From Brevundimonas sp. (GTDB lineage Bacteria; Pseudomonadota; Alphaproteobacteria; Caulobacterales; Caulobacteraceae): a stretch of DNA of 64,000 nt. The notes below the pieces were generated by a model, which saw nothing but the letters and a program-made list of their open reading frames with translations, was not told where the DNA came from and did not search any database. This document shows, one piece after another, positions 50,115 to 59,056 of this stretch (position 1 is its first letter; the number at the start of each line of letters is the position of its first letter). The DNA lies in NCBI RefSeq assembly GCF_016463485.1, contig NZ_JAEMRD010000001.1, forward strand, positions 29,560-93,559, in the 5' to 3' direction. The position numbers and the translations under genes were made by a program.

Positions 50115-51266
50115 ATGGTCCCCACGATCGCGGCGCTGACCGGCGCGGATGAGTTTCTGAACCACCAGATCGCCAATACCCACGCGACGGTGGAGACGGC
50201 CGATCGCGGCTGGACCGAGAAGATCTGGATGACGTTGTTCCGCAAGGACGGGTCGCTTCAGGTCGATTTCGGCCTGGGCAAATACAGCAACCGGAATGTG
50301 CTGGATGGTTTCGCCGGCTGTCAGCAGGGCACGAGCCAGCGTACGATCAGGGCCAGCCGCGTCTTGCGCCCCGCCATCGACGATCTGGCGGTCGGGCCTC
50401 TGCGTTATGAAGTCCTGGAGCCGTTTCGCCGAATTCGAGTGACCTGTGACGCGAACGCTGCGCAGCCGCTCGAGTTCGATCTGACCTTCACCGACCTGAT
50501 GCCCGCCTTCTTCGAGGGGCGAGATCGGGAGGTTCATAATGGCCGGCTGGCGACCGACGTGGTTCGTTATCATCAGACCGGGACGATCAGCGGGTGGATA
50601 CGGATCGAAGGCGAAAGAATCCCGGTGAATCCCGACGACTGGTTCGGGGTTCGAGATCATAGCTGGGGCGTGCGAGAGCACGTCGGGATCGATCCCGTCG
50701 ATCTGGTTCCGCCGCCGAAGGGCGCGAGCACCGACTTCCATTTCAACTGGTTCGTCGGATGTCTCGAACGCCCGGACGGCAGCCGATACGGCCTGAACTA
50801 TTATTTCCGCGAGTATCGCGAGCCTCGCGGCCTCGACTATTTCACCGGCTTCATCAACGAGGCCGACGGTCGTCAGACCAAGCTGCTGCGGGTTTACCCG
50901 GAGCTGACCTATCGCAAGTCGGATCATGCCATGATGGGCGGCAAGCTGTACGTGCTGGAATCCAGTGGTCGTCGCGACGTGACCGAGCGCGTGTTCGAGG
51001 TTGAAGCCATCAATCCCGAGATGGGATTCCGCCTGCAACCCGGGATGTACGGGGCCTGGAATGGTCTGATCCACGGCGCCTACAAGGGCGATGACTTCCT
51101 GGACGGCGAACTGGTCGAGGACGTCAACGACCCCGTCAAGCTTGCGGAAAGCGCGCGCTGGGAAGTTCGCGATCGGCCGCTCAGAATCCGCGAAGGCGAT
51201 TCTCAGGGTTATGCTGACGTCGAGTCCCTTGTTCGGGGCGAATGGCCCGCAGCGACGATGGTCTGA
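50115..51266 (+). CDS. Conserved hypothetical protein (383 aa)
   Basis: Trimmed to the ATG at 50115. Coding-like composition with no family recognised with certainty. Contains VRDHSWGVRE. Confidence 0.55.
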   Translation: MVPTIAALTGADEFLNHQIANTHATVETADRGWTEKIWMTLFRKDGSLQVDFGLGKYSNRNVLDGFAGCQQGTSQRTIRASRVLRPAIDDLAVGPLRYEVLEPFRRIRVTCDANAAQPLEFDLTFTDLMPAFFEGRDREVHNGRLATDVVRYHQTGTISGWIRIEGERIPVNPDDWFGVRDHSWGVREHVGIDPVDLVPPPKGASTDFHFNWFVGCLERPDGSRYGLNYYFREYREPRGLDYFTGFINEADGRQTKLLRVYPELTYRKSDHAMMGGKLYVLESSGRRDVTERVFEVEAINPEMGFRLQPGMYGAWNGLIHGAYKGDDFLDGELVEDVNDPVKLAESARWEVRDRPLRIREGDSQGYADVESLVRGEWPAATMV

Positions 51267-52033
51267 TGTCCGCGCGCTGGATCGACCTGACGGGGCGCGT
51301 TGCAGTGGTGACCGGTGCCGCCGCCGGTATCGGGCGGGCTGCGGCCCGCGCCCTCGCGGACGCGGGTGCAACAATCATCGCCGTGGACCGGGACGCCCCC
51401 GGCCTTCAGGCGACGACAAAGGCCATCGGGGGCACGGCCGAGGCTCGCGCCTTGGATGTCACGGACGCCGTGGCGTGGGGTGAACTCGCGGACTGGATCA
51501 GATCACGGTTCGGTCGGCTCGATATTCTGGTCAACAGCGCCGGCGTGTCCCTGTCCGATCGGGTCGGCGACGCGGACCTGGAGATCTATCGTCGGACCTT
51601 CGCGATCAATGTGGAGGGCTCGCTGCTGGGGATGGCGGTCGCGCTCAGCTTCATGCGCCCGGCTGGGAAGGGCGCGATCATCAATCTGTCCTCTGCGGCC
51701 TCGCTCAAGGGCAACCCGATCATGGCCAGTTACGGAGCGAGCAAGGCAGCGGTGGCGCACTACACCCGCAGCGCAGCCCTCGAAGTCGCGCGGGCCGGGC
51801 ATGATATCCGCATCAACGCGGTTCATCCCGGGCTGATCGACACCTCGATGGCTCAGGACCTCTATACCATTCTGGCCAAGGTCGGGCCGCCGGAGACGGT
51901 GATGAAGATGGTCACGACCGGCCGGCCTGGTCGCGCCGAAGAGGTTGCCGACCTGATCCTCTATCTGGCGTCGGATCGCGCCAGCTTCATTTCCGGCGCC
52001 AGCATTGTCGCGGATCGCGCCCAAAGCGCCTAA
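51266..52033 (+). CDS. Short-chain dehydrogenase/reductase (SDR)
   Basis: Trimmed to the ATG at 51266 (TGATG overlap). TGAAAGIGRA, NSAG, YGASKAAV. Confidence 0.9.
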   Translation: MSARWIDLTGRVAVVTGAAAGIGRAAARALADAGATIIAVDRDAPGLQATTKAIGGTAEARALDVTDAVAWGELADWIRSRFGRLDILVNSAGVSLSDRVGDADLEIYRRTFAINVEGSLLGMAVALSFMRPAGKGAIINLSSAASLKGNPIMASYGASKAAVAHYTRSAALEVARAGHDIRINAVHPGLIDTSMAQDLYTILAKVGPPETVMKMVTTGRPGRAEEVADLILYLASDRASFISGASIVADRAQSA

Positions 52034-52046
52034 GCCGAAAAATGCC

Positions 52047-52083
52047 GGACATTGTGTCCGATCATTGTACATAGCGTCCGATC
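52047..52083. promoter_or_regulatory. Candidate TetR operator: palindrome GGACAttgTGTCC plus direct repeats GTCCGATC x2 and CATTGT x2
   Basis: Read directly in the 66-nt gap upstream of the TetR ATG (52100). Palindrome at 52047-52059; GTCCGATC at 52056-52063 and 52076-52083. Confidence 0.3.
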
Positions 52084-52099
52084 TAGCTAGTCTGGCACT

Positions 52100-52726
52100 A
52101 TGTCGGATGCAAGGCCCTTGTCCCTTCGCGACTCCCATCGCGCCCATACGCGCGCTCGGATCCAGGATGCTGCGCGCGAGACCTTCTTCGGCCGCGGCTA
52201 TCATGAGGCGACAATCGACGAGATCGCCCAGGCGGCTGGCGTCTCCCGCTCGACGCTCTATCTCTATTTCCCGGACAAGCCTGATATGCTCACCCATATC
52301 GCCAAGGCTTACGGTGACGCCCTGTGCAAGGTCGTCGAGAGACTGCCGAGCCCGAACCCGTCACGAGCCGAGATCGGCGTCTGGGTCGGCGAACTCGCCC
52401 GTTACATTGCCGACGACAGGACACCGGCAATCCTCATTACTCACCTTTCAGAACGCGTCGATGCGCCCATGGCCGTGAGCCAGATCGGTGAACGATTGAT
52501 CGACGCCTTGGCAGCACGGCTGCCGGCCTTTGCGGCGGCTCTGGACAACAGCGGCGCACACGACCTTGCGCGGGCCTGGGCCCTGGTCGTGATGCGTGAT
52601 CTCGGCTGGGCCTGTCTGCAGGCTGCCCGGGACGACGGGAAGGGACTGGGTGCGTCCCTGCTGATCGTGGCGGCTGATCTGCTCGAGCATTTCATCAAGA
52701 AGAACGACGAATGGGGGACGACATGA
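52100..52726 (+). CDS. TetR family transcriptional regulator
   Basis: 208 aa. HTH region FFGRGYHEATIDEIAQAAGVSRSTLYLYFPDK. Confidence 0.85.
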   Translation: MSDARPLSLRDSHRAHTRARIQDAARETFFGRGYHEATIDEIAQAAGVSRSTLYLYFPDKPDMLTHIAKAYGDALCKVVERLPSPNPSRAEIGVWVGELARYIADDRTPAILITHLSERVDAPMAVSQIGERLIDALAARLPAFAAALDNSGAHDLARAWALVVMRDLGWACLQAARDDGKGLGASLLIVAADLLEHFIKKNDEWGTT

Positions 52727-53667
52727 ATCGCCAGGATAAGCGCTGGTTGGGCGAGCCGGATCGCTACGCACGGCTGAGGAAGATCGAGTCGCTGGATGTA
52801 GAGACCGATTATCGGGAGATCACGCTCCTGTTCTACGGCGACTTTCAGTCCGCCATGATGGCCAAGGCCTTCAACGGGTTCCTGATGACCTATTCGGGTC
52901 CACGGATATCGAAGGTGCTGCACGCATCCGGGGAGTTGGAGAAGCGCGTCGCCAAGCGGGTGATCGACACGACCATCCTGGCCAGCAAGGTCCTGACGGA
53001 AGGCTTCGTGGGGGAGGGGCGCGATGCCGCCCGTCGCGTGAACGCCATGCACAAACAATACGATATCGAGACGGATGATTTTCTGGCCGTGGGGATCGAG
53101 GAGGTGGTCGGCTCGATCGAACTGGCCGAACGCTACGGCTGGCGCCCGGTCACGGACAAGGAACGTGAAGCCGTCCTTCGGTACTACAGCCACCAGACCC
53201 GGGCGTTTGGATCTCCAAAGCCGCTTCCGCCGACCTACGCCGAGGCGCAGGCCTTCTTCTCCCACTATCTCGACACTGAAACCCGCTACGAACCGCGCAA
53301 CGAGGAACTCGCCAAGGTCTTCATCAAGTTCAACCGCTCCTTGATGCCGTTATGGTTGCGTCCGATGATCGGGCCCTTGCTTTCGGCGCAGCTGGACCCC
53401 CGTGTGGCCCGAGCCTGCGGCATCAAGCCGGGGTCCAAATTCATGAAGAGTCTTGCCGACGTCTTGCTCAAACGCGCTGCGGCCGCTGATCCTGTCCCAG
53501 ACGGTACGCCGAGCCAGCATGAGGCCTTGATCCGAACCGTATACCCGAACGGGTACAAGGTCTCCGAGGTGGGCACCCACGTGAAGCCCCCCAAGCCACA
53601 GCCATCACCGTCTCTCGCCGCCGGTGGTCAGACAGGGGCTCATCCCACGCAGGCCTCAGTCGCCTGA
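52723..53667 (+). CDS. Conserved hypothetical protein, possibly MpaB/DUF2236-like oxygenase
   Basis: ATGA overlap with the TetR stop. 314 aa with no signal peptide. The family assignment rests only on loose resemblance (RRVNAMHKQY region) and is unverified. Confidence 0.45.
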   Translation: MNRQDKRWLGEPDRYARLRKIESLDVETDYREITLLFYGDFQSAMMAKAFNGFLMTYSGPRISKVLHASGELEKRVAKRVIDTTILASKVLTEGFVGEGRDAARRVNAMHKQYDIETDDFLAVGIEEVVGSIELAERYGWRPVTDKEREAVLRYYSHQTRAFGSPKPLPPTYAEAQAFFSHYLDTETRYEPRNEELAKVFIKFNRSLMPLWLRPMIGPLLSAQLDPRVARACGIKPGSKFMKSLADVLLKRAAAADPVPDGTPSQHEALIRTVYPNGYKVSEVGTHVKPPKPQPSPSLAAGGQTGAHPTQASVA

Positions 53668-54186
53668 ACTTTCGAATCCAGAAGGCGGTCTCGCAGCCTG
53701 CCAAGCTTGACGATTTGTCGAAATGGTCACGGCGGCTTTCTTATAGAAAGCCTCGCCCTTCGACAGGTTGACGAAGTTGAACGCCTGCTCGTGTCGGAAC
53801 TCCAGCACCTCCACGCCATCGGGCCCGGGCGTGTAGGTATAGGGTGTGTTTGCCGGCACGAAAAAGCTGTCGCGCGGTCCCAACTCCTCCGTCCCGATTC
53901 TGAGGCTGCCGGCGACGATATGATACAGGCAGTCGGAGTCGTGGCTGTGCAGAGCCAGCGGATAGCTCGCCTTGAGCCAGGCGTGGGTCAGCGCGAAGCC
54001 GGGCTTGTCGACCAGCACCGTGGTTTCGTCGCCGTCAAGATAACCGACGGCGACAAGGCACTTCATTCCCGCCCGTTGAACATCGGTCGTCGGCGCGATG
54101 GACATTCGGCCCGTGTCCATAAGGCCCGGTGCATCCTTGGCGCGGTAGATTGCGAAGCCGGACTTGGGGGTCTCAGTGTCGCTCAT
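53656..54186 (-). CDS. Cupin-domain protein
   Basis: Trimmed to the ATG at 54186, after GGAGGA. Cupin-like LALHSHDSDCLYHIVAGS ... FVPANTPY. Overlaps the upstream esterase gene by 14 nt. Confidence 0.6.
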   Translation of the reverse strand: MSDTETPKSGFAIYRAKDAPGLMDTGRMSIAPTTDVQRAGMKCLVAVGYLDGDETTVLVDKPGFALTHAWLKASYPLALHSHDSDCLYHIVAGSLRIGTEELGPRDSFFVPANTPYTYTPGPDGVEVLEFRHEQAFNFVNLSKGEAFYKKAAVTISTNRQAWQAARPPSGFESSGD

Positions 54187-55129
54187 GGCTTCCTCCTGCT
54201 GCCGTCTCTGGCTGGTCCAGAGTCTTTTCCAGCCAGGCCTGTGCGCTCTTGATGAAGTCTTGCGCGATCGCGGTGTCATAGGCCCAGGACTCGAAGCCGT
54301 GGGGCGCGCCGGGAATGGTGTCGATCACGACGTCGATGCCCGCCGCCCGAAGTCGGTCGGCATAGGCGCGGTTCTCGTCCAGAAACAGATCGAGATCCCC
54401 GACGCCGATCCAGGCGGGCGGCAGGGCTTCCAGTCCGCTGCGCCGGGCCGGCGACGCATAGTCGGGCATGTCTCGCCCTCCGGGTTCGGCCGCCAGATAG
54501 GCAGACCAGCCTAAGGCGTTCTGCCGATTGTTCCAGACAAAATTCCGGGCAGCATCCAGGTCACGCCGTGCGGCCGTTCGGTCGTCCAGCATGGGGCTGA
54601 ACAGCCACTGCGCGGCTGCACTGGGGCCGTCATTGTCATTGATGCGCTGGACCAAACTCGCGGCCAGCCCGCCGCCGGCGCTCTGGCCGCCCACCGCCAC
54701 CAGGTTCGGATCTATGCCCAGATCGGACGCATGATCCTGCACCCACCGCCAGGCGTCGAAACAGTCGTCGAGCGGGGCAGGGAAGGGGTGTTTGGGAGCG
54801 AGGCGATAGCTGGCCGCAATCACGGGGATTCCCAGTTTTCGAGCCGTCGCGCCGCAAAGCCGATCATCGAGGACCGGGCGTCCAATGATGTATCCGCCAC
54901 CGTGAATCCACAGCAGGGCGCCCTTCGATTTTCGGACGAGGGGGATGTGAACCCTCAACCCGCGCGCGGCGCCGGCGACCCCGCGCATCTCGACGCCTTC
55001 GGTGGCGATGGCCGGAATCAGACCGATCGCGGCGTTGATCGCCCATCGTCCGAGCGCGCTGTTGAACGGTGTGGGAGGCACCTTGCGCAGCGGCCCTTGG
55101 AGTTCGGCTGCGACCCTGCCGAGTTCCAT
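54173..55129 (-). CDS. Alpha/beta-hydrolase esterase, HSL family
   Basis: 318 aa. IHGGGY oxyanion motif, GQSAGGGLA nucleophile elbow, and C-terminal GAPHGF. Confidence 0.85.
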   Translation of the reverse strand: MELGRVAAELQGPLRKVPPTPFNSALGRWAINAAIGLIPAIATEGVEMRGVAGAARGLRVHIPLVRKSKGALLWIHGGGYIIGRPVLDDRLCGATARKLGIPVIAASYRLAPKHPFPAPLDDCFDAWRWVQDHASDLGIDPNLVAVGGQSAGGGLAASLVQRINDNDGPSAAAQWLFSPMLDDRTAARRDLDAARNFVWNNRQNALGWSAYLAAEPGGRDMPDYASPARRSGLEALPPAWIGVGDLDLFLDENRAYADRLRAAGIDVVIDTIPGAPHGFESWAYDTAIAQDFIKSAQAWLEKTLDQPETAAGGSHERH

Positions 55130-55909
55130 CTAGTCCCCCAACATCATGCCGGCGGCCCAGCCGCCATCCACGGCGAGGTCAACACCGTTGATGTAGGCTG
55201 CTGCATCGCTGGCCAGCATCAAGAGTGGCCATGCCTGCTCGACCGGCGTCGAGCGTCGGCCGATCGGTTGAGCGACGGCGTCGATCACTTCACCTGGCAC
55301 CCTGGTCTCGATATCGACCAGCATCGGGGTCTGGACCGCGCCGGGGCTGGTCGCGTTGATGCGGATACCGCGCCGGATCAGCGATTGAGACTGCTGGAGC
55401 GTCCAGACGATGAGGGCTTCCTTGGAAAAGGCGTAGCCGTTGGGTATCGCGAGCCTGTGCGTATCGAACCAGGAGACCCCTTCGGCGAACGAGACCGTAT
55501 CGACAAACGCGAGCAGGTCGGATCGGCGATTTCGCCACCGAGCGCCGCCGTTCGAGGAAACATTCACGATCGCGCTTCCGACGCTCATGTGATCGACAAG
55601 TTTCTGGGTCAGATACCGGGTGCCCAGGAAGTTTACGCGCACAATCTCGGCGGCGGGTCTTGTCGGTGACATCCCGGCGCAGTTGAAGAGTGCGTCCAGC
55701 CGACCTTCAAATCCCAGCGTATCGATTGACACGGGGGCGCCGAGATCGACCTTGCTGAAAGCCGCGAGCGATAGGTCCGACGGGTGCAGATCGATTCCGT
55801 GAACCTCTGCGCCGGCCTGGACCAGCAGCGATGCGGTGGCGTGACCGATCCCCGACGCGCATCCCGTGACGACGACCCGCTTGCCTGCGAAGCCGAGCGG
55901 ATCGACCAT
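55130..55909 (-). CDS. Short-chain dehydrogenase/reductase (SDR)
   Basis: Trimmed to the ATG at 55909. VTGCASGIGHA and YAFSKEAL (YxxxK). Confidence 0.85.
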   Translation of the reverse strand: MVDPLGFAGKRVVVTGCASGIGHATASLLVQAGAEVHGIDLHPSDLSLAAFSKVDLGAPVSIDTLGFEGRLDALFNCAGMSPTRPAAEIVRVNFLGTRYLTQKLVDHMSVGSAIVNVSSNGGARWRNRRSDLLAFVDTVSFAEGVSWFDTHRLAIPNGYAFSKEALIVWTLQQSQSLIRRGIRINATSPGAVQTPMLVDIETRVPGEVIDAVAQPIGRRSTPVEQAWPLLMLASDAAAYINGVDLAVDGGWAAGMMLGD

Positions 55910-55916
55910 GGGTGTC

Positions 55917-56147
55917 CTACTCGATCGTGCCGATGACGGCGCCGACGTCGTAGGTCGTGCCTGCGACGCCCGTGATCCGAAGCGTGCCCGAGGCCGGCGC
56001 CTCAACTTCGTTGACCGACTTGTCGCTCTCGATCGAGTAGAGCGGCTGGCCTTCAGTGATGCTTGCGCCGTCGTCTGCAAGCCATTCGCTGAGGACGCCC
56101 TCCGTCATCGAGAAGCCGATCTTGGGCAGGATAATGTCGAATGCCAT
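55917..56147 (-). CDS. Stand-alone lipoyl-domain protein (76 aa)
   Basis: Biotin/lipoyl attachment pattern LYSIESDKSVNEVEAPASGTL, with the conserved Lys in the ESDK context. No catalytic or subunit-binding domain. Confidence 0.8.
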   Translation of the reverse strand: MAFDIILPKIGFSMTEGVLSEWLADDGASITEGQPLYSIESDKSVNEVEAPASGTLRITGVAGTTYDVGAVIGTIE

Positions 56148-56163
56148 GGTTCTGTACCTGTGG

Positions 56164-57174
56164 TCAGGAAACGGCCAAGGCCGCGGGAGTATTCGCGCCG
56201 AGAGTGGCGCGGGCGGCGTCGGCGATATCCTTGACCGACACGATGAACAGCTGTTCGAGGCCAGGCGAGAAAGGCACCGACGTATAGGGGGCGCCGAGTC
56301 GTTTCACCGGTGCCTTCAGTTCGCCGAACAACTCCTCCTGCAAGGTGGCGGCGATCTCGGCACCGACACCGAACTGGCGGACGGCTTCGTGTGCGATCAC
56401 GGCGCGACCGGTCTTGCGGACCGAGGCGATGACGGTCTCGCGGTCCCATGGCGAGATGGTCCGCAGATCGATAAGTTCGACCGAGACACCATCCGCCTCC
56501 AGCTCCTTGGCCGCAGCCTCGGCGCGCATGAAAATTTCGGAGTAGCTGATGATGGTGACGTCGCGGCCTTCCTGGGCGATCCGGGCCTTGCCGAGCGGGA
56601 TCGGCCCCTGGTCGGCTGGAACCTCACAGGCATTGCCGTAGGCACGCGAGCATTCGATGAACATACAGGGGTCGGGATCGGCGATGCAGGACAGCATCAG
56701 TCCTTTGGCGTCGGCGGCATTCGACGGGGCAACAACCTTGATCCCCGCCGTGTGGGCGAACCAGGCCTCCAGGAAGTCGCTGTGCTGGGCGGCGGCCGCG
56801 ATGCCGGCGCCTGTCATCATGCGGATCACGATCGGAACCGTCGTCTGGCCACCTGACATGAACCGCAGCTTGGCGGCGTGGTTTACGATCATGTCCATGG
56901 CCACGGTCGTGAAGTTCATCAGCATGATCTCGGCGACCGGCTTGTAGCCGTTGATCGCCGCGCCGATGGCCGCGCCCATGATCGCCTGTTCGGCGATGGG
57001 GGTGGATCGGACACGAGCGTCGCCGAAGCGGGCGGACAGGCCGCGCGTAATGCCGACAACCCCTCCGCCTTCACGGTCGGCCACGTCCTCGCCCAGGACG
57101 ATGACCTTGGGATCCGCCTCCATGGATTCCGCGATGGCCTCGTTGATGGCCTGGATGATGTTGATCTTGGGCAT
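56164..57174 (-). CDS. TPP-dependent 2-oxoacid/acetoin dehydrogenase E1 beta subunit
   Basis: 336 aa. MPKINIIQAINEAI...VLGEDV...RVRSTPIAEQAIMG is typical of E1 beta. Confidence 0.9.
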   Translation of the reverse strand: MPKINIIQAINEAIAESMEADPKVIVLGEDVADREGGGVVGITRGLSARFGDARVRSTPIAEQAIMGAAIGAAINGYKPVAEIMLMNFTTVAMDMIVNHAAKLRFMSGGQTTVPIVIRMMTGAGIAAAAQHSDFLEAWFAHTAGIKVVAPSNAADAKGLMLSCIADPDPCMFIECSRAYGNACEVPADQGPIPLGKARIAQEGRDVTIISYSEIFMRAEAAAKELEADGVSVELIDLRTISPWDRETVIASVRKTGRAVIAHEAVRQFGVGAEIAATLQEELFGELKAPVKRLGAPYTSVPFSPGLEQLFIVSVKDIADAARATLGANTPAALAVS

Positions 57175-58187
57175 CAGGCGGCCTCGGTTTCAGCAGCGAA
57201 AACGTCGCGGGTCAGTTCGTCGGCGGACGGCAGGTCGCTAGCGAGGGCATACTGGATGGCCTCCTCGATCTGTTTGGCCAGATCAGCCTCAAGGTCGGCG
57301 AGTTGCGCTTCGGTCGCCACGCCGTCGGCGATCAGGCGAGCTCGGAAGGCGGGGACCGGATCCTTGGCGATCGCGTCTGCCTTCTCTTCCTTGGTCATGT
57401 AGAAATCGTCGTCGCCGAAGACGTGACCGAAGAAGCGAAAGGTCATCGCCTCGATCAGGGTCGGTCCATCGCCGTCGCGGGCACGGTTGATCGCTTCATT
57501 GGCGGCCGCATACATGGCGAACGGGTCGTTTCCGTCCACCGTGACGCCGGGCATGTTGTACCCCACGGCGCGCTTGGAAATCTGGTCGACCGAGGTAGCG
57601 TTCTCGTAGCGGGTGTGTTCGCCGAACCGGTTGTTCTGGCAGACAAAGACGACTGGCAGTTTCCACAGCGAAGCCAGGTTCAGGCTTTCGTGGAAGGCCC
57701 CGATATTGGAGGCACCGTCGCCGAAATATGCGATAACGACCCGACGCGTTCCATCAAGTTTGTGGGCCCAGGCCAGGCCGTTGGCGATCGGCATCGATGA
57801 GCCGACGATGCCGGTCGTCAGGATAGCGCCGGACGCAGGATGGGTGATGTGCATCGGGCCGCCCTTGCCCTTGCAGGTGCCGGTGACCCGCCCGGCCACC
57901 TCGGCCCACAGGTCCTTGAGCGGGACGCCCTTGGCCAGCATGTCGTGGATCCCACGATAGATGGTGCAGATCTGATCCTCATTGGTGAGGTTCACGGACA
58001 CGGCGGACGGGATGACCTCCTGACCCCGCGGGGAATAATAGGGCATCATCAGTCGGCCCGAACGCACGACCTTCCGGGAGGCCTCGTCGTTCTGCATGAT
58101 GAGGGACATCCGCCGGTAGATTTCGATCTGAGTGGCGGCGTCCGGAACGGCTGCGTTCACGCCCTCGCCTTGCCCTGTCGTGGCCAT
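57174..58187 (-). CDS. TPP-dependent 2-oxoacid/acetoin dehydrogenase E1 alpha subunit
   Basis: Trimmed to the ATG at 58187. TPP motif GDGASNIGAFHESLNLASLWKLPVVFVCQNN. 1-nt overlap with the E1 beta gene. Confidence 0.9.
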   Translation of the reverse strand: MATTGQGEGVNAAVPDAATQIEIYRRMSLIMQNDEASRKVVRSGRLMMPYYSPRGQEVIPSAVSVNLTNEDQICTIYRGIHDMLAKGVPLKDLWAEVAGRVTGTCKGKGGPMHITHPASGAILTTGIVGSSMPIANGLAWAHKLDGTRRVVIAYFGDGASNIGAFHESLNLASLWKLPVVFVCQNNRFGEHTRYENATSVDQISKRAVGYNMPGVTVDGNDPFAMYAAANEAINRARDGDGPTLIEAMTFRFFGHVFGDDDFYMTKEEKADAIAKDPVPAFRARLIADGVATEAQLADLEADLAKQIEEAIQYALASDLPSADELTRDVFAAETEAA

Positions 58188-58303
58188 CGATGCCGTCTTT
58201 CTGTGCTGGGTGGCGCAGACCTCGCGCCCCGGCCGGACTTGGCATCGCCTGCTCGCCAACAGCAAGGCGCGCCGAAGTGATTTCGCCCCGGCGATACCGC
58301 GTT

Positions 58304-59056
58304 TCAGCGCCGGTCGAGAAACACGGTCTGGTGCGCCATGCCGATCATGCCGTCCTGATCACCAAGCCGACTGTGCACCACTCCGATTCCGTTTCCCGCG
58401 CTCTCGCTGCGTGTGTCGATCAGCAGCCACGGCCCCCTTGGAATCCGCGTAAGGTGGATTGAAACGTCGACGTTGGCGTAGGTCCAATCCTTCGACGAGA
58501 CGAGGGGCCCAACGCCGGAACCATAGTCCGAAACCATCGCGACGCCTTCCAGCGCGCTCAAGGGGCAACCGGAGACCACGGAGACCTTTGGCTTGACCCA
58601 CCATGCGCCGGGACCGGGATCAGGAAAGCCGCCGTGAATGCGCACGGTCGTCGCGAAATTGGAGTCGTGAGTGATCCCCACGCTCTCGGAAAGGTCAGGG
58701 AACGGGTGGGATGGCACCGGCTCAGCCACAGGAGACGGGGCCGTTCTGACCCTCAGCGCAGACGCCCTGACCCAGGTCCGATCTCCCAGGGACAGTTCGA
58801 CTTCGAGCACCTGCATTCGCTTACCTTCTCGAACAATGCGGACAGCGGGTGTAAGGGGCGCGAGCGGCACGGCACCGAGAATATCGATCGTCAGCCGGGC
58901 AGGGGACATGGCGGCGGGAGCGGGGATCGTGTCGAGGACGTGGGCTGCAAGCCCAGCGAGCGCGACACCCATCTGGGCATTCGGGTTCCAGACGCTAACG
59001 CCCAGACCTGTTGGCGCAAAGCCGTCGCCGAGTCGGGTATAAAAGCTGTCGCTCAC
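58304..59056 (-). CDS. Acyl-CoA thioesterase-like (double hot-dog, TesB-like) protein
   Basis: Trimmed to the GTG at 59056, after GAGGAT. 250 aa with general resemblance to thioesterase-like superfamily proteins. Unverified. Confidence 0.5.
   Translation of the reverse strand: MSDSFYTRLGDGFAPTGLGVSVWNPNAQMGVALAGLAAHVLDTIPAPAAMSPARLTIDILGAVPLAPLTPAVRIVREGKRMQVLEVELSLGDRTWVRASALRVRTAPSPVAEPVPSHPFPDLSESVGITHDSNFATTVRIHGGFPDPGPGAWWVKPKVSVVSGCPLSALEGVAMVSDYGSGVGPLVSSKDWTYANVDVSIHLTRIPRGPWLLIDTRSESAGNGIGVVHSRLGDQDGMIGMAHQTVFLDRR

Noticed and set aside
52723-53667. Latex-clearing-protein (Lcp)-type secreted rubber oxygenase
   Set aside because: The protein is shorter than Lcp enzymes as I recall them and has no Tat/Sec signal peptide. 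Even its DUF2236 membership is only a loose impression, so it is kept as a hypothetical protein.
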